Of a stretch of 49,869 nt of DNA, positions 12,669 through 25,018 are shown piece by piece. The notes below the pieces were generated by a model, which was not told the origin of the DNA, did not search any database, and worked only from the letters and a program-made list of their open reading frames with translations. This stretch comes from Jimgerdemannia flammicorona (Eukaryota): the NCBI GenBank assembly GCA_003990765.1, contig RBNJ01000030.1, forward strand, positions 1 to 49,869. Direction: 5' to 3'. Position numbers and translations under genes: made by a program. How positions within the stretch are numbered: the first letter of the stretch is position 1; every line of letters begins with the position of its first letter.

Positions 12669-13408
12669 TTTTTTTTTTTTACATAGACTCTGCCATTTAT
12701 TACAAGACTATAAATATAATTACATTATCATCTCCTACTACCCAATTCCCATAGGGGAACTCCCCCCCACTCCTTCACATCTGAAAATCACCTTATCACT
12801 CACTACCCCAACTCTCTCCCTACTCTGTCCACAGATTTTCTCTACCAAATGATACTGCTGATCACCCTGCTGACCCCAACCAAGCCACCAGCCCATCAGA
12901 GTGTCCTCCATGAACCCTTTCCATCTCAGCAGCTACACCCCCAAGCCTAGATGTCTTTTTTTCTCAAAAACAAACAACCAGTGACCTGCCAACCCCATCT
13001 ATACAGCCAGTACCCAATCTAAAGTAAGCTACTCCTTCTCAACCCCCCTCTACCAATCTATTCCACAAATCCTCCCACTGACTCCTCAAACCATCCCCCC
13101 TATGTATGATATCCAATTATTCCCCAACTACTATCCAGAAATTGCTAAGTACCTGATACTCTCCTAGCCAATGTTCTGGTGTCTGCACAAAAACCCCTTC
13201 CTGTCCAACATTGTTGTACTCCCCACAGTCAAAGCTTCCCCCCTCTATAAGGTAGCCTGAGTGAAAGTTGAGCATAATATTCCTCCTCAACAGACCACCA
13301 AATACTTCAGTGGCAGCCACTGCCTAACCTCAGCACTCTAGGCTCAAACCCCATTCCAGTTTCACTCTTCTCTGATACCTGCCAACTGCCACCTACTGGA
13401 CCACATCA
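12669..13408 (-). mobile_element. 5'-truncated LINE with poly(A) and 12-bp TSD
   Basis: T-run 12666-12680. TSD TTGTTGGTGTTT at 12657-12668 and 13409-13420. LRRNIMLNFHSG..VQTPEHWLGE matches the full LINE C-terminus. Confidence 0.9.
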
Positions 13409-13513
13409 TTGTTGGTGTTTAGCTATATAATAGTTAAATCTGAATACAGCAGTCAATTCTGGCAGATTTTCTTATTCAGATGGATTCTTGGGTATAAGTA
13501 GTAATTTGTATAT

Positions 13514-14994
13514 TGTAACAGTGACTCCAGAATGATGACATTAGCACAGGAGGCAGTCTTTCCTTACAAGCCACCAGATCAGAGCACAAGAAGATCATAT
13601 GGCATATGAGATGAGCAATGATGACCAACTGTGAGTCATTGAGACCACAGTATGAGTATCTTGAGGAATATAAAAGAAGAACCAAGGAACCACAGTTGCA
13701 GCAACCAATAAGAGCCACCAATCCCAAAATAGCTCAAAGACTTACTACAAATTAAATGCCTGCTGCTTGCCAAATCTCAAGGTCAAGGAACCACCAAGGC
13801 ATCTTGGTTGAAGAAAGGATGTTCCAAGACATCAGAAGCACCATGAGGACCCATTCAAGAAGGACTCCTAGTGTCAACCTGGGTACTGCAGATCCTTATC
13901 ACTTTATTCTCTACCATCGTAAAATGAAAACAAGGATCACCATTGCTACCAAATGCCTCCAAATGTGGCAGGAGTATGAAATAGGAAACCTCCACTGCCA
14001 GGAGTTCCTACAGGCCAGCACTCAAGAGCTACAAGATGCCACTCCCATGAATATACACGAAACAAGGACAGCTAAGAAGATCCATCAGATCTTCAGGCAT
14101 GCACCATGGTCAATCCCCAACTTGAAGTGTTTTAGTAGAAGACTTCTGGCATCCCATTCTCCAGGACAACCTAGATCAATTCCTGCAAGGATAGATCTCA
14201 GTATTCCAAGGGCCAAGCTTCTAGGTTAGACCTCCCCAAGATCCCACATTTGTTCCCTATTTTGTGGAAGAGAACCTCATAGACTGGAGAGCTCCAGATC
14301 TCCTTATCCCTGCTGCTGCCACTGTCAAATGTGATAACGTCATTGGCAATGATGTCATCCTGCATGACATATGTGAAGCATGCGAAGTACACAAAACGTG
14401 CGACCTATGTGATGACAATGGTGATGAGACAGATGAGACATTTGCAGACCTCATCTCCTTTGAAGACATCCTGACCTCTGATGAGGATGAAGCCTCTATG
14501 GTCTTGAACATTCTGCTCTAAGTCCCTTGGTTATACTGAATAATGCCAGCTCTGGCATTCTGAGGATGCAGAATTGTTCCAGCACCAGCATTCTGAGGTG
14601 ACACTGAATTATACCAGCATCCTGAACCTGTACAACCATCAGTGCCGACCCTGGAACTTAGCAGTTTTTCCTGTCCTGGCATTTTATTTTAGTTATTGGA
14701 ATTTATATTTAGCTTTATATCTTAGCAACCATTGAATTATATTTTGTATAAATATCTCTCTTATTTCCTCTGAAATAAAGTCAGTCCATTCAGTTCCTCT
14801 CAGTACAATATACACTTCCTTGCAAGCAATCTAAGAGATAACAAAACAGTTTAAAGATAAGAAGTTTGAGGACTATAAGACCTTAAGAAGGCACTCTAAT
14901 AAGAACTTGCTTATAACAAACTTGAGTTAGTCTAAGAGATATACTTTGAAGAGAATCTGGCATATTTGAAGGACTCAGCGACCACTACATGACA
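13514..14994 (+). repeat. 5' LTR of copy 2 (1481 bp)
   Basis: Direct repeat of 26563-28145 with a ~100-bp deletion near 14133. TATAAATA at 14747-14754, AATAAA at 14774-14779. Confidence 0.95.
13756..14521 (+). pseudogene. LTR(U3)-encoded accessory ORF, 5' LTR copy
   Basis: MPAACQ...LNILL*, broken by a deletion and TAG stops. Same frame is recoverable in two other LTR copies. Confidence 0.7.
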
Positions 14995-14997
14995 ACT

Positions 14998-15014
14998 TAG
15001 TGCCCATTGGCTAG
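14998..15014 (+). promoter_or_regulatory. Primer-binding site of family A (consensus TGGTGCCCATTGGCTGG; tRNA not assigned)
   Basis: Lies 3 nt after the LTR end. The motif is intact after the LTRs of copies 1 and 3; here TGG>TAG. Confidence 0.75.
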
Positions 15015-15437
15015 TGATTCAAGACAAATCCCTCACTTTCAAGCTGAAAAACAAACAACCCCCACAACAACTACCCTGACTACAAGAGTCACCCCTGCAA
15101 GAATTCAAGACAAGATATAAATGCATCCCCCCACATTCTATAGATATACTACTGAAGAGTCAATCCTGACCTTCATTGAAGACTTTGAACAATTTGCTGC
15201 TGTATGAGCCCTTGGTGTAGATGCACAATTGGACCTTCTACCAGTCAGCCTCAGAGGACCTGCCTTAGACAAGTTCAATGCAGCCACTATTGCTGATAAT
15301 GGTGAAGCCAAACTTGCTAACATGAAGGCCTTCCTCAGAACATACTATACTCAGATATCCTTTCACCAGTACCATGCAGGTTATATAACCTTTGAAAGGC
15401 ACTTACAACATCGTTTTTGGAGTAAAGAGACTTACAA

Positions 15438-17464
15438 TATGGCAACTGACAGGCAATCTGAGGTGTGTAATGAGCAGGGTGGCCCAAGCACTTTCGAATG
15501 GTAGCAGGTGGGGAGGGTCCCAGACCTGGGGGGGGGCATGAGGGGGCTGCTGGTGAGAGGATGTGGAAGAGGTGGAGGTACTGGTGGAGGACAAGGGTCT
15601 GGGAGGGCAAGCTTTGCAGAGATGGTGAAGGGAAGGCAGCAGGCATCTGGGCTGGAGGGCTGGCTAAGGGGGGGCAAGGAGACTGAGAAGGGGGCAGTGC
15701 ATAGGGGAGTAGCCCTTGAAAGGGGAGGCAGTGGAGCTGGGGGAGTAGCAGCTGGGGGGAGTGTGACTACTGATTGTGATGGGACTGCCAATCTGGAAAA
15801 AAAATCCAGATGTGATGGCTGTTGGTGAGGCTGAGTGGCTGAGGCTTGGAAGATAAGGGGATTTAGCAGATAGCGTGATGGGCCTGGCAGTGGCCTCATT
15901 ACTCAAGAAATCAATCTCAGTATTCACAGTTACACTGTGCTTTCAGGGCTTAGTGGTGATAGCGAAAATGGTGCTGGGGTTTATCACTAAGCAGGTGGCA
16001 GGAGCTATGTCAGTGAAGTTTTTGAAGGGGCTGGAGGGTGTGGAGGTCGGTTTTGAGGAGGCTGAGCCACTGGAAGAGGCACTGAAGGTTGGGTTGGTGG
16101 TTGAGGAGGTTTGTGTTCCAATGGCAAGGTGTCTGAAATGGGATCTGAGGGTGGTCCAACTACTGGTGAAAGGAGTGCCCATGGTGACAGCAATGGAGAT
16201 AAGAAAGAGAGTTGAGGATGTCATGGCAGAGTATGGAGAGGTGGTAGATATTGGATTCAGGGTCTGGGAAGGGACCTTGCTCAGGACTGGGGACATGGAT
16301 GTGAGGATTTGGCTAGCTGGGAAGGAAGCTACTGGAAAAGCAAGGGACTGGCCTTCAGTGATGGTCTGGGGAGCAATCTTGTACAAGGTGATGAGGGTAA
16401 AAGGAAGTGAAGAGGAGGAAGAGGATTTATTGGAAGCACTAGAAGAATTAAATGGTGCTGTAGAGTGGCGAGCAAAGGCTTGAAAGGCTTTCATGGAGTC
16501 AATACACCTGGAGGTGGTGGATGGAAAGAGGATTCGAGTGGACAAGGTGCAGTGGGAAAGGGCTCAAGGGTGCAAGAGACAGAAGGATCTGCTGGCTAAA
16601 CTAGGGGGTGGGCCACAGGAGGATGTGAACAAGGTGACAGGTGTGGAAGGGGCCAAAGTGAGTGTCTGGGCTGGCGAGAGGTGTGGGAATGCTGGGGAAG
16701 AAACAGGGAAGGCGAAGGAGGTGAAGGTTATTGACCTGTATGTTGATGGCACCCTGGAGGTTTGGGATGAGGTCTGGGAGGACTCCCCCACTCCTTCTCC
16801 TCTTATCAGGCGAGGCCTGGCTTCCAGAAACAAAATTGTGGAGGATGTGACAATGCTGGGGACCCATCGGGTGAAATTCAGTGTTCCAGAGATGAAGAAC
16901 AGGGGATATGTGGTGATGGCTGGAGAGGCGGAACTGGTGGATGTCCCAGAGGTGTGGGATGAGGCTGTGAGTGCTGATGCTGACACCACAATGCTGGATG
17001 GAGGGAGGCCAGCAACCTCTAAAGGGAAGGAGGTGGGGAACCTACTTTGGATGTGTAGGATGATGAATAACCTGGCAGCAGAAGAGTTGGGGGAGGTGGA
17101 CTTGCGAGTGATGAGTGATGAGCACTGGGCACAGATATTGCAGAGAGATGGAGTGATGATGGCACTGAAGGTGGAAATTCTCACAGTGTATCTGAAGGAG
17201 GAAGGGTATGAGGTAGACAAGGAGTGGGAGGCAGAGATGGTGGTTGTCACAGGGGAGAGGGCTGAGTACTGCTGGAACAAGCATCATGGATTGCAGCTTT
17301 GGCAGGAGGCTTGCATTGAGTACCGAGAGGAGTTTGAGGAGAAGGTGGATGAGGAGATGAATGAGCTGTTGGCTGGATTGGAGGCACAGAGGGCTGAAGA
17401 GGAGGAGGTGATGGCAGAACATAATCTGGACACAGCACAGGAGGAGATGAGCATGGAGCAGTAG
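15438..17464 (+). pseudogene. LINE ORF1 (disrupted)
   Basis: Long purine-rich open segments (15875-16483, 16493-17464) upstream of the EN. LLVKGVPM..EDVMAEYGEVVDI is RRM-like; acidic C-terminus. Confidence 0.7.
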
Positions 17465-17494
17465 AGATCAACTAATAATCAAATATATTTCATT

Positions 17495-20400
17495 ATGAAC
17501 AGTACAATCAAAATTTTTTCTTTGAATGTAAATGGGCTACAGGGTGCTGTTAGATGTAGGAACATTTTTATTTGGCTAAGGGGATTGGAGGCTGATCTCT
17601 TCCTCTTGCAAGATATCAGGTGTGAGAATGACTCTGATAGAATGGAAGGGACAAAGGAATGGGGTGGCATGGCGATTTGGAATGGCAAGGTTGGGATTCT
17701 GGTTCAGAAAGGCAGAGGGGAGATAAGGGATGTGAGGAGCTGGAGGGAGAGACTGGTCTGGGGTGAGAGGATTCATGCAGGCTGGGAGCCAGTTACCATG
17801 GGCTCCTGTTACTGCCCTGCCATATGGGGGAGCATGTAGATTGGGTGAAGGGTCTCCAGGAGAGTGGGATCCTTGCAGAGGCTGGGGTGGATATGCTTGG
17901 GTGAGATTTCAATATGGTTCAGGATATATAGATGGATAGAACTGATGGTGGATGGGGTGCTGAGAGCAGGAGTGGGGGACTGGCGATGTGAGAGGAAGTT
18001 GAAAGACTAGGTGCACTGGTAGATACTGGTAGGGAGTACTGGGGGGATAGGAGTGTATATACACATTGGGCTGGAGGCCTGGGGACAAGGATCGACTAGA
18101 TTCTGATGGCCAACTGTTGGGGCCGAGATGTTTGAAAGTTGCTGGAGGTGGAATGGTGTCCATGGTCAGATCACTGGGGCCTTTTGGAACAGGGGTGCTT
18201 TGGGGGAAGTGGGGATGGGCCTGGATATTGGCACCTAAATGCCTTCTTGTTAGATGATGAGTCCCAGTAGAGAGAGTAGGCTAAAGACATTCAGCTGAGG
18301 GTGGAGAACTGGCAGCAGGAAGGTGCCTTGATTGGGGTCTGGTGGATGAGGATGAAAGAGATGGCCAGGATGTACTGGAGCGAGGCTGGCAAGGAGGCAG
18401 GGAAGCAGCAAAGGCAGAGAGTGCATTGGGCTTCTACTAGATTGGCTAGGCTTCTGGAGGAGTGGGTGAGACTGGCAATGGTGGAGGGAGAAGAGGATTG
18501 GAGATTAATGAGGGTGAAGATGGAGGTTGGGGAACTACAACAGGTGTTGCAGGAAGAGGAAGAGGCAAGGGTGCAAGCTTGGTGGCATGGCTTCATTGGC
18601 AGGGGCTGGAGGAAGGGGTGAGGCCTTCCAAGTTTCTCATGAGGACTCTTAGGGCAAGAAGGGTACAGCAACAGTGGGAAGGGGTACTTGACTCAGATGG
18701 TGTACTAGTGCATGGTGTACAGGATATTCTTGGATCACTGAAGGAGCAATGGAGTGGATTGTGGAATGAGGAGGAGGGTGGGGCAGATACTACTGCTATT
18801 GACCGAACATTGGAGGATTGGTACCCACCATAAGTTGAGGGATTAGGTGACCTGATGATGTCTGTAAAGGAGGATGAGATCCACCAGGTTCTTGTCATGA
18901 CAGCCTTAGGTACAGTACCTGGGGAGGATGGCCTACCCTGGGATTTCTGGAAGCGAATGGTTGGAGTCCCAGGTGTGATGGAAGAGTTGATGGCATTGTG
19001 TAACTTTATATTACAGACAGGGAGATGGGTGGGGGAGCAGGATCTTGGGCTGGTGATGCTGCTTTATAAGAACAAAGGAAGGTGAGAGGATTGGAAGAAT
19101 TGGTGGCCAATAATGTTGCTAGATATGGACAGAAAGTTGGTGACTAAGGTGGTGGTCGTGAGGCTACAGAAGGTAGCCCAGTAAGTTATAGGTATTGAGC
19201 AGAAGGAATTTGTGGGTGATTGGCTCATCAGAGATGGCACAGCCTGGGTACATAGAGTTATTGAAGGGGCTAGAGCCTGTGGACTGGATGGGCATCTAGT
19301 CTTCTTGGACCAGGAGAAGGCTTATGACTGGGTACAATGAGTCTGGCTGGCGAAAGCACTGGATAGAATGGAGGTTCTGATCCAATTTTGGTCAACAATG
19401 GTCAGCCTACTGGAAGGGAGTAGGGCTGTACTCATGTGTAATGGGCATAGAGGGGTAGCATTCCCTCTGGATAGAGGGGTGCCCCAGGGGGACCCACTGT
19501 CCCCCATTTTGTATGCTCTTTCCCTGGAACCACTAATGGACAGAATTAGACAAAGGATAGTGGGGCTCTCTATCTATGGCATTGGGTGGAAAGTTGGGGC
19601 CTTTGTGGATGATATGGTGGTTGGTTTGGGATTGATTGCTGATGTCGAGGAGCTCAAGGAGACAGTGGAGTGGAATGAGGAGAACTCTGGGGCAAAGCTG
19701 AATTGGCATAAGTGTGAAACAATAGTGCTAGGCAATGGCCTGGTGGGAGGAGAAGTTATAGGAACAATTGTCCCCACCAGTGAGGCAGTGCAGTACTTGG
19801 GCATCTATTTGTCTGTCTATGGGTCAGTTCTGCCCAGGCTTTGGTGGGAGCAGCAAATTGGAATTTGGGAGGAGGACCTGTGGGGTTGGGGGGGAAGACA
19901 CTTTTCTCTGGTGGGACAAGTCTCGATTTTGAATGTATATTGGCTGTCAAAGCTGTGGTATTTGGCTTATCATCTGGACTTCCCAGCCTGGGTGGTGAAG
20001 AGATTAGTGAAGGTGGCCAAGGGAAGAATTTGGGCTGGCAGACGGAGTCAGATTGGTTGGGAGACCTTGTCTCTACTGGTGGTGAGGGGTGGTCTTGGGC
20101 TGGTGGACTTTCTCAAATGACTACACTGCTTGAGGGCATGGTGGCTTAAGAGGGCAGTGGAGTTACGAGGAGGGGGTTGGGTTCCCCTGCTGCAGAAGGT
20201 CTGGGAGAGGCAGTCATTACTGAGAGGCTCAACTGGTGATCTCCTCTCATTGGTTGGACTTCAGAATACTGCACAATTATGTTATAAAGGTTTCTGGTGG
20301 GGGATAGTGGAGGGGGCACACCACATTGGTATTTGCTGGCAGGAGAATGAAGGGGAGGAGGCTTGGGACCCGGCAATGTGGAGATGGGATGGCATACTGC

Positions 20401-21150
20401 TGGGCAGTATACCATTACTTAAGTTCAATGTTGGTGATGGAATAGAATACCAAAGGGGACTAGGCCAGGATCTGTGGCCTAGTGGTTGGCAAGGAGTTGG
20501 CATTGGAGAAGAGTGAGACTGGCATGGTGTTTGGACCTGGAGTGCTACAGTGCAAAAATAGATACTGCCAAAGTACTGGGTGGTCTGGTGGTGCATGCTG
20601 AGGAGGAATGTAATGCTCAACTTCCATTCAGGGCACCTTATTATAGGGGGTTGCTTTGACTGTGAGGAGTGCCATAATGTGGAGCAGGAAGGGGGCTTTG
20701 TACAGATATCAGAACATTGGCTAGGAGAGTGTTAGGTGTGGGGAGACTTTTGGAGAACCATTGGGGACTACTTGGGGGTGAGCCGTAGGAGAGATGATGT
20801 GTGGGAGAGGTGGGAGGACTTGAGGGATTGATTGGTAGGAGGGGTAGGAAAGGAGTGGATTACTCTAGGCTGGGTATTAGCTATTTGGGTTGGGCTGGCT
20901 GGTCACTAGCTATTTGTTTTTGAGGATGGGAGGTGGCAGAGCTTGGAGAGCCAGTTATCATAGTGGCAGAGACTTATGGAAGACACCTTGACAGGCTGAT
21001 GGCTTGGTTGGGGGCTGTAGAGGGGTCGGAGGCGCCACTTGGTGGAGAAAATCTGTGGACAGAGCAGTGGAAGAGTTGGAGTCATTGTTGAGAGGGTGGT
21101 CTTTACTTGTAAAGGGGTAGGGGGGGGCTCCCCTATGGGGATTGTATAGT
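17495..21150 (+). pseudogene. LINE ORF2: AP endonuclease, reverse transcriptase, C-terminal Cys/His region (disrupted)
   Basis: SLNVNGL, LLQD and WSDH (EN); PGEDGLP, LDQEKAYD, GVPQGDPLSP, FVDD and YLGI (RT); CEEC..EHWLGEC. Confidence 0.93.
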
Positions 21151-23089
21151 GGGCAGTGATATTGTATACTTAATCATAGACTGGTAATAAAGATGGAGTC
21201 CAAGTGAAAAAAAAAAAAAAAAAAAAAAAAAAAAACATACTATACTGAAGAGATTAAGCAAGCTCTCAAGGATCAACTCAATACTATCTGCAAGGGACTT
21301 AGTGAAGATCCCAACTCATTGTATACCTGAATCTGCCACCATATTATCTTGGCTGGCTATGATGATACCCTCAAGGAACAAATAGCAGATTCAACCTTCC
21401 TCAAAAGAGTTCACTCTGAAATTGCCCTAGCAATCTGGTCTATCCCAGCTGCACTGACCCTTGATCAGAAAGTGGTCTTTGCACAGAGATATTGGACTGC
21501 CAGATACCCTGTTGAACACTCAATGGAGAAAATATCTAGCATCAAGATGGAGCCATCAAAGCCAACTAGTATCATATCTGCTACAGTTGTAAACAGACCA
21601 CCATCCCCACCTACCCCCAAGACAGCCAAAGCTGACCCAGTGGAGGAACTTGCCAAGCAGTTTGCCAAGATAACTGCACACCTTAGTGATGTTGTTAGAG
21701 AAGTCCAAAGTGCCAATAGGAGACCAGTGTAGAGATTTGTAGCTGCTACAGAAGAATGCAATATCACATACTTCAGATATAGAGAAGAAGGCCACTATGC
21801 AAAGAATTGCATGACCAAAACAAGATGCAAAGCTCAACTAAGCAATACTAGCAGAACCAGAGAACAAACTGATGCAGTAGTTATTGAGGAGATTGGTGAT
21901 ACTGATGATGAAGAATACTATGTGGAGCTTGAATTCTACCCTGCTACTGAAGGTACCAGAACCCAGTCCAAGCCCTATAGCAAGAAGAGCAACAGCAAGC
22001 CAGTTGGAAGACCAAAGAAGACCCCAGCTGTCACTATTCAAAGTAAGACTCAACCTGAGGAGATTGATCAAGACATGGAGTTAGATAAAGCTGCCTGCCA
22101 AATCATTGAAGGCACTACTCCAGTCTCAGGAGAAAGTGAAAGCAAGGAGGAATAGAAGCTGTGCAAGACCAAGATCCACCAGTATGATATCTACAAGGAC
22201 CTCAAGGAACAGAAGGTCAATACTACCTTTGGACAGCTAGCTAAAGTCCCTGTCTTCAGATAGCAGTTGAGAGTACGACTTGCAACTATTGCCAAGAATC
22301 AAGAGTACAAGATTGTAGAAGCTCACAATGTACAGGAAGAATCCGAAAACTCAGGTAAAGAATCTGAAGACCAGTACATGATATCAGCCTATACCCCGTG
22401 CCAGATTGAAGACTGTATCTTTGATGCCATCATTGATACTGGTGCCGGAGGATGCCTCATAAGCAAGAAGACAATTGACCACTTAGGCTGGGACATTGAA
22501 GAGTCCACCAAGATGGTCTATGTTACAGCAGATGGTACATAAGCTACCCCCCTTGGCAAAATCTGAGAAGTCTCCATCAAGATAGGAGGAGCTACCATCT
22601 CTGTAGAAGTGATTGTTACAAGTGCCACCAACTATGACATCCTCATTGGCAACCAATGGCTTCATAAGGCCAAGGCCATCATTGACCTCAATGCCCAGAA
22701 AATGCAGATCAACTATAGAGAGGGAAAGGTACAAGTCTCTATCAATGTCCACAAAGGAGTTCTACCAGACATGGAGGAAGGAGATGAAGAGGACACAGAA
22801 GTCTTCATGTACTTGGTGAACAAGATTAAGAACAAGACACTCAAGCTCACAGATGAGCAGTGGTATAACAAGATCATTGATGGCTATGCCCCTCAAAGAA
22901 GATGCCCCCATGGTACTAGGATGTACTACTCTGAACACCTAAATGACTGCTGGTCCTGTATTAGTGAAGTCAGGAAAGTCCACCAATAGATATAAGCAAG
23001 AAGCTGCTGAAGCAAAAAGGAAAGCTGAAGAAGATGACCAGGCCCCAGAGCTTCAGGCTGACAGTGATGACAAGGAGGAACAAGAACCA

Positions 23090-23520
23090 GATATCACCCT
23101 CAAAGTCAAGAAGTTCTATCCAGAAGCCAAGATCCCAGAATATAAGACTGAAGGAGCCATAGAAATGGACCTTGCCAGCATTCAAGATGCTACCCTTGAA
23201 CCACAGACCACCACTCTACTTGGCACTGAAATTGGAGTCAAGCTTTCAGAGAATCATGCTGGAATTATCAAGACCAGGAGCAGTCTGGCCAAAAGTGAAA
23301 TCTCAGTTGAAGGAGGAGTAATTGACCCTGATTACACTGGTGAGATCTTCCTCATAGTCAGGAATCACAACCCCACCACCCCATTCAAAGTCAAGAAGCA
23401 TGTCAGGATTGGCAAGATGCTGATTCACGAAATCAAGAAACCCAAGATCACTGAAGCCATTGAACTCATTAAGATCAAGAGAGGAGAACAAGGCTTCAGA
23501 TCTACTGGAAGAGGAGCCTA
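23090..23520 (+). pseudogene. dut: dUTPase domain between protease and RT (copy 2)
   Basis: GAIEMDL, KTRSSLA, GGVIDPDYTGEI, RGEQGFRSTG. Confidence 0.92.
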
Positions 23521-23689
23521 TGCTGCCACCAAGATTACCAAACTTGAACACAAGAAAGACAAGGACCAGAACAAGTATACATATACTATTGGAGAAAACT
23601 TTCCCCTAGAAGAACAACTTCTCAAGATCCTGTACCAGAATGAATGAATACTTGCTACAGACTTCAGGGATATCCACAACCAAGAACCC

Positions 23690-25018
23690 AAGTACTACCA
23701 TAAAGTTGACACTAGTGATACCAAGCCCATCTACCAGAAAGCCAGACCCATACCACCTGCCTATAGAGAATGGCTGCAAGCAGAACTCAGGGAAATAGAA
23801 GAAGCCAGAATCATTAAGCAAGCTATCAGTCCCTGGGCTTCACCCATTGTCCTTGCCCCAAAGAAAGGAAGCAAACCTGGAGAGTTTGCACCAAGACTCT
23901 GCATTGACTACAGGAAGCTCAATGCCATCACCAAGAAGGATAGGCAGCCCTTGCCAAATATTCAAGAAATCCTTACCACTCTTGGAAGTGAAGCCAAATA
24001 CTACACCACCTTGGATCTGTTTTCAGGTTTCCATCAGATTGATCTCACTCAAGATGCCAGTAGGAAAACAGCCTTCATCATACCAAACACCACCTATATC
24101 TACCTGCAAATGCCATTTGGAATGTACAATGCCCCAGTAAGTTTCCAGTAAATGATGAACAGAGTCTTCAGCAATGAGATTGGAAAATGGCTCTTTGCCT
24201 ATGTTGATAATGTGATCATCTTCAGCAATACTGCATGGAAATATATCAATTACATACAGCTAGCCCTCAAGAAGCTCAAGGAGCATGGCCTCTACATCAA
24301 GCCTATAAAATGTAAGTTTGCAGTCCAGGAAATTGCCTATCTAGGACACCTCATCAACCAGACTGGAATCCATACAGACTCCATGAAGATTGAGGCTATT
24401 GCCATCTACTCAAAACCCAGAACAACTACAGAAGTCCATGCCTTCCTTGGACTGGCCAGCTACTACAGAAGATTCTTCAAAGAATACTCCAACATTGCAG
24501 CACCTATCTATGAGCTACTGAAGAAGGAAACCAAATTCAAATGAACCAAGGAACACCAAGAAACCTTCAATGAACTCAAGACCAGGTTGACTCAAGCACC
24601 TATCCTCAGAAGACCAGATTGGAACCTAGAATTCATCCTGCATACAGATGCGAGTACTATAGAACTTAGAGCAGTTCTAGCTTAGAAGAAAGATGGACAT
24701 GAATATGTCATCTCCTATACAAGCCAAGGTACCTGCAGAGCAGAATAGAATTATAAGTCATGTAAGCTTGAATGCTTAGCAGTAGTTTGGGCAGTAGACA
24801 AGTTCTACTACTATCTAACTGGGAAACACTTCACCATTCAAATAGACCATTCTGCTCTTGCCTGGCTATTCCACACTCTGAACCCCAAAGGAATATATGC
24901 CAGATAGATCTACAGGCTGCAAGAGTATGAGTGTACTGTCAAGCACTACTCAGGAAGAACCAATACCAATGCTGATGCACTCTCAAGGACACCCATCAAG
25001 ACTATTCAACATGAATAA
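23690..25018 (+). pseudogene. pol: Gypsy RT and RNase H
   Basis: SPWASPIV, RLCIDYRKLN, LDLFSGFHQI, MPFG, YVD(D>N), FILHTDAS, LECLAVVWA, DHSAL, NADALSR. Confidence 0.93.

Larger units (their letters stand above)
15352..21233 (+). mobile_element. Full-length L1/Tx1-like LINE inserted in gag
   Basis: TSD AACATACTATACT at 15339-15351 and 21234-21246, poly(A) from 21207, two ORFs. Gag frame AFLRT..YT|EEIKQ rejoins across it, as in copy 3. Confidence 0.95.

Noticed and set aside
13476-13727. Antisense hydrophobic ORF repeated at 26507-26776
   Set aside because: Repeated only because it lies in the LTR pair. It runs off the LTR into unrelated flanks and has no independent support.
14998-15025. Assignment of the family A PBS to a specific tRNA
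   Set aside because: TGGTGCCC fits several tRNA 3' ends and CpG decay obscures the rest; the host tRNA set is needed.
15432-17471. Long minus-strand Ser/Pro/Thr-rich ORFs
   Set aside because: Antisense shadows of the purine-rich LINE ORF1.
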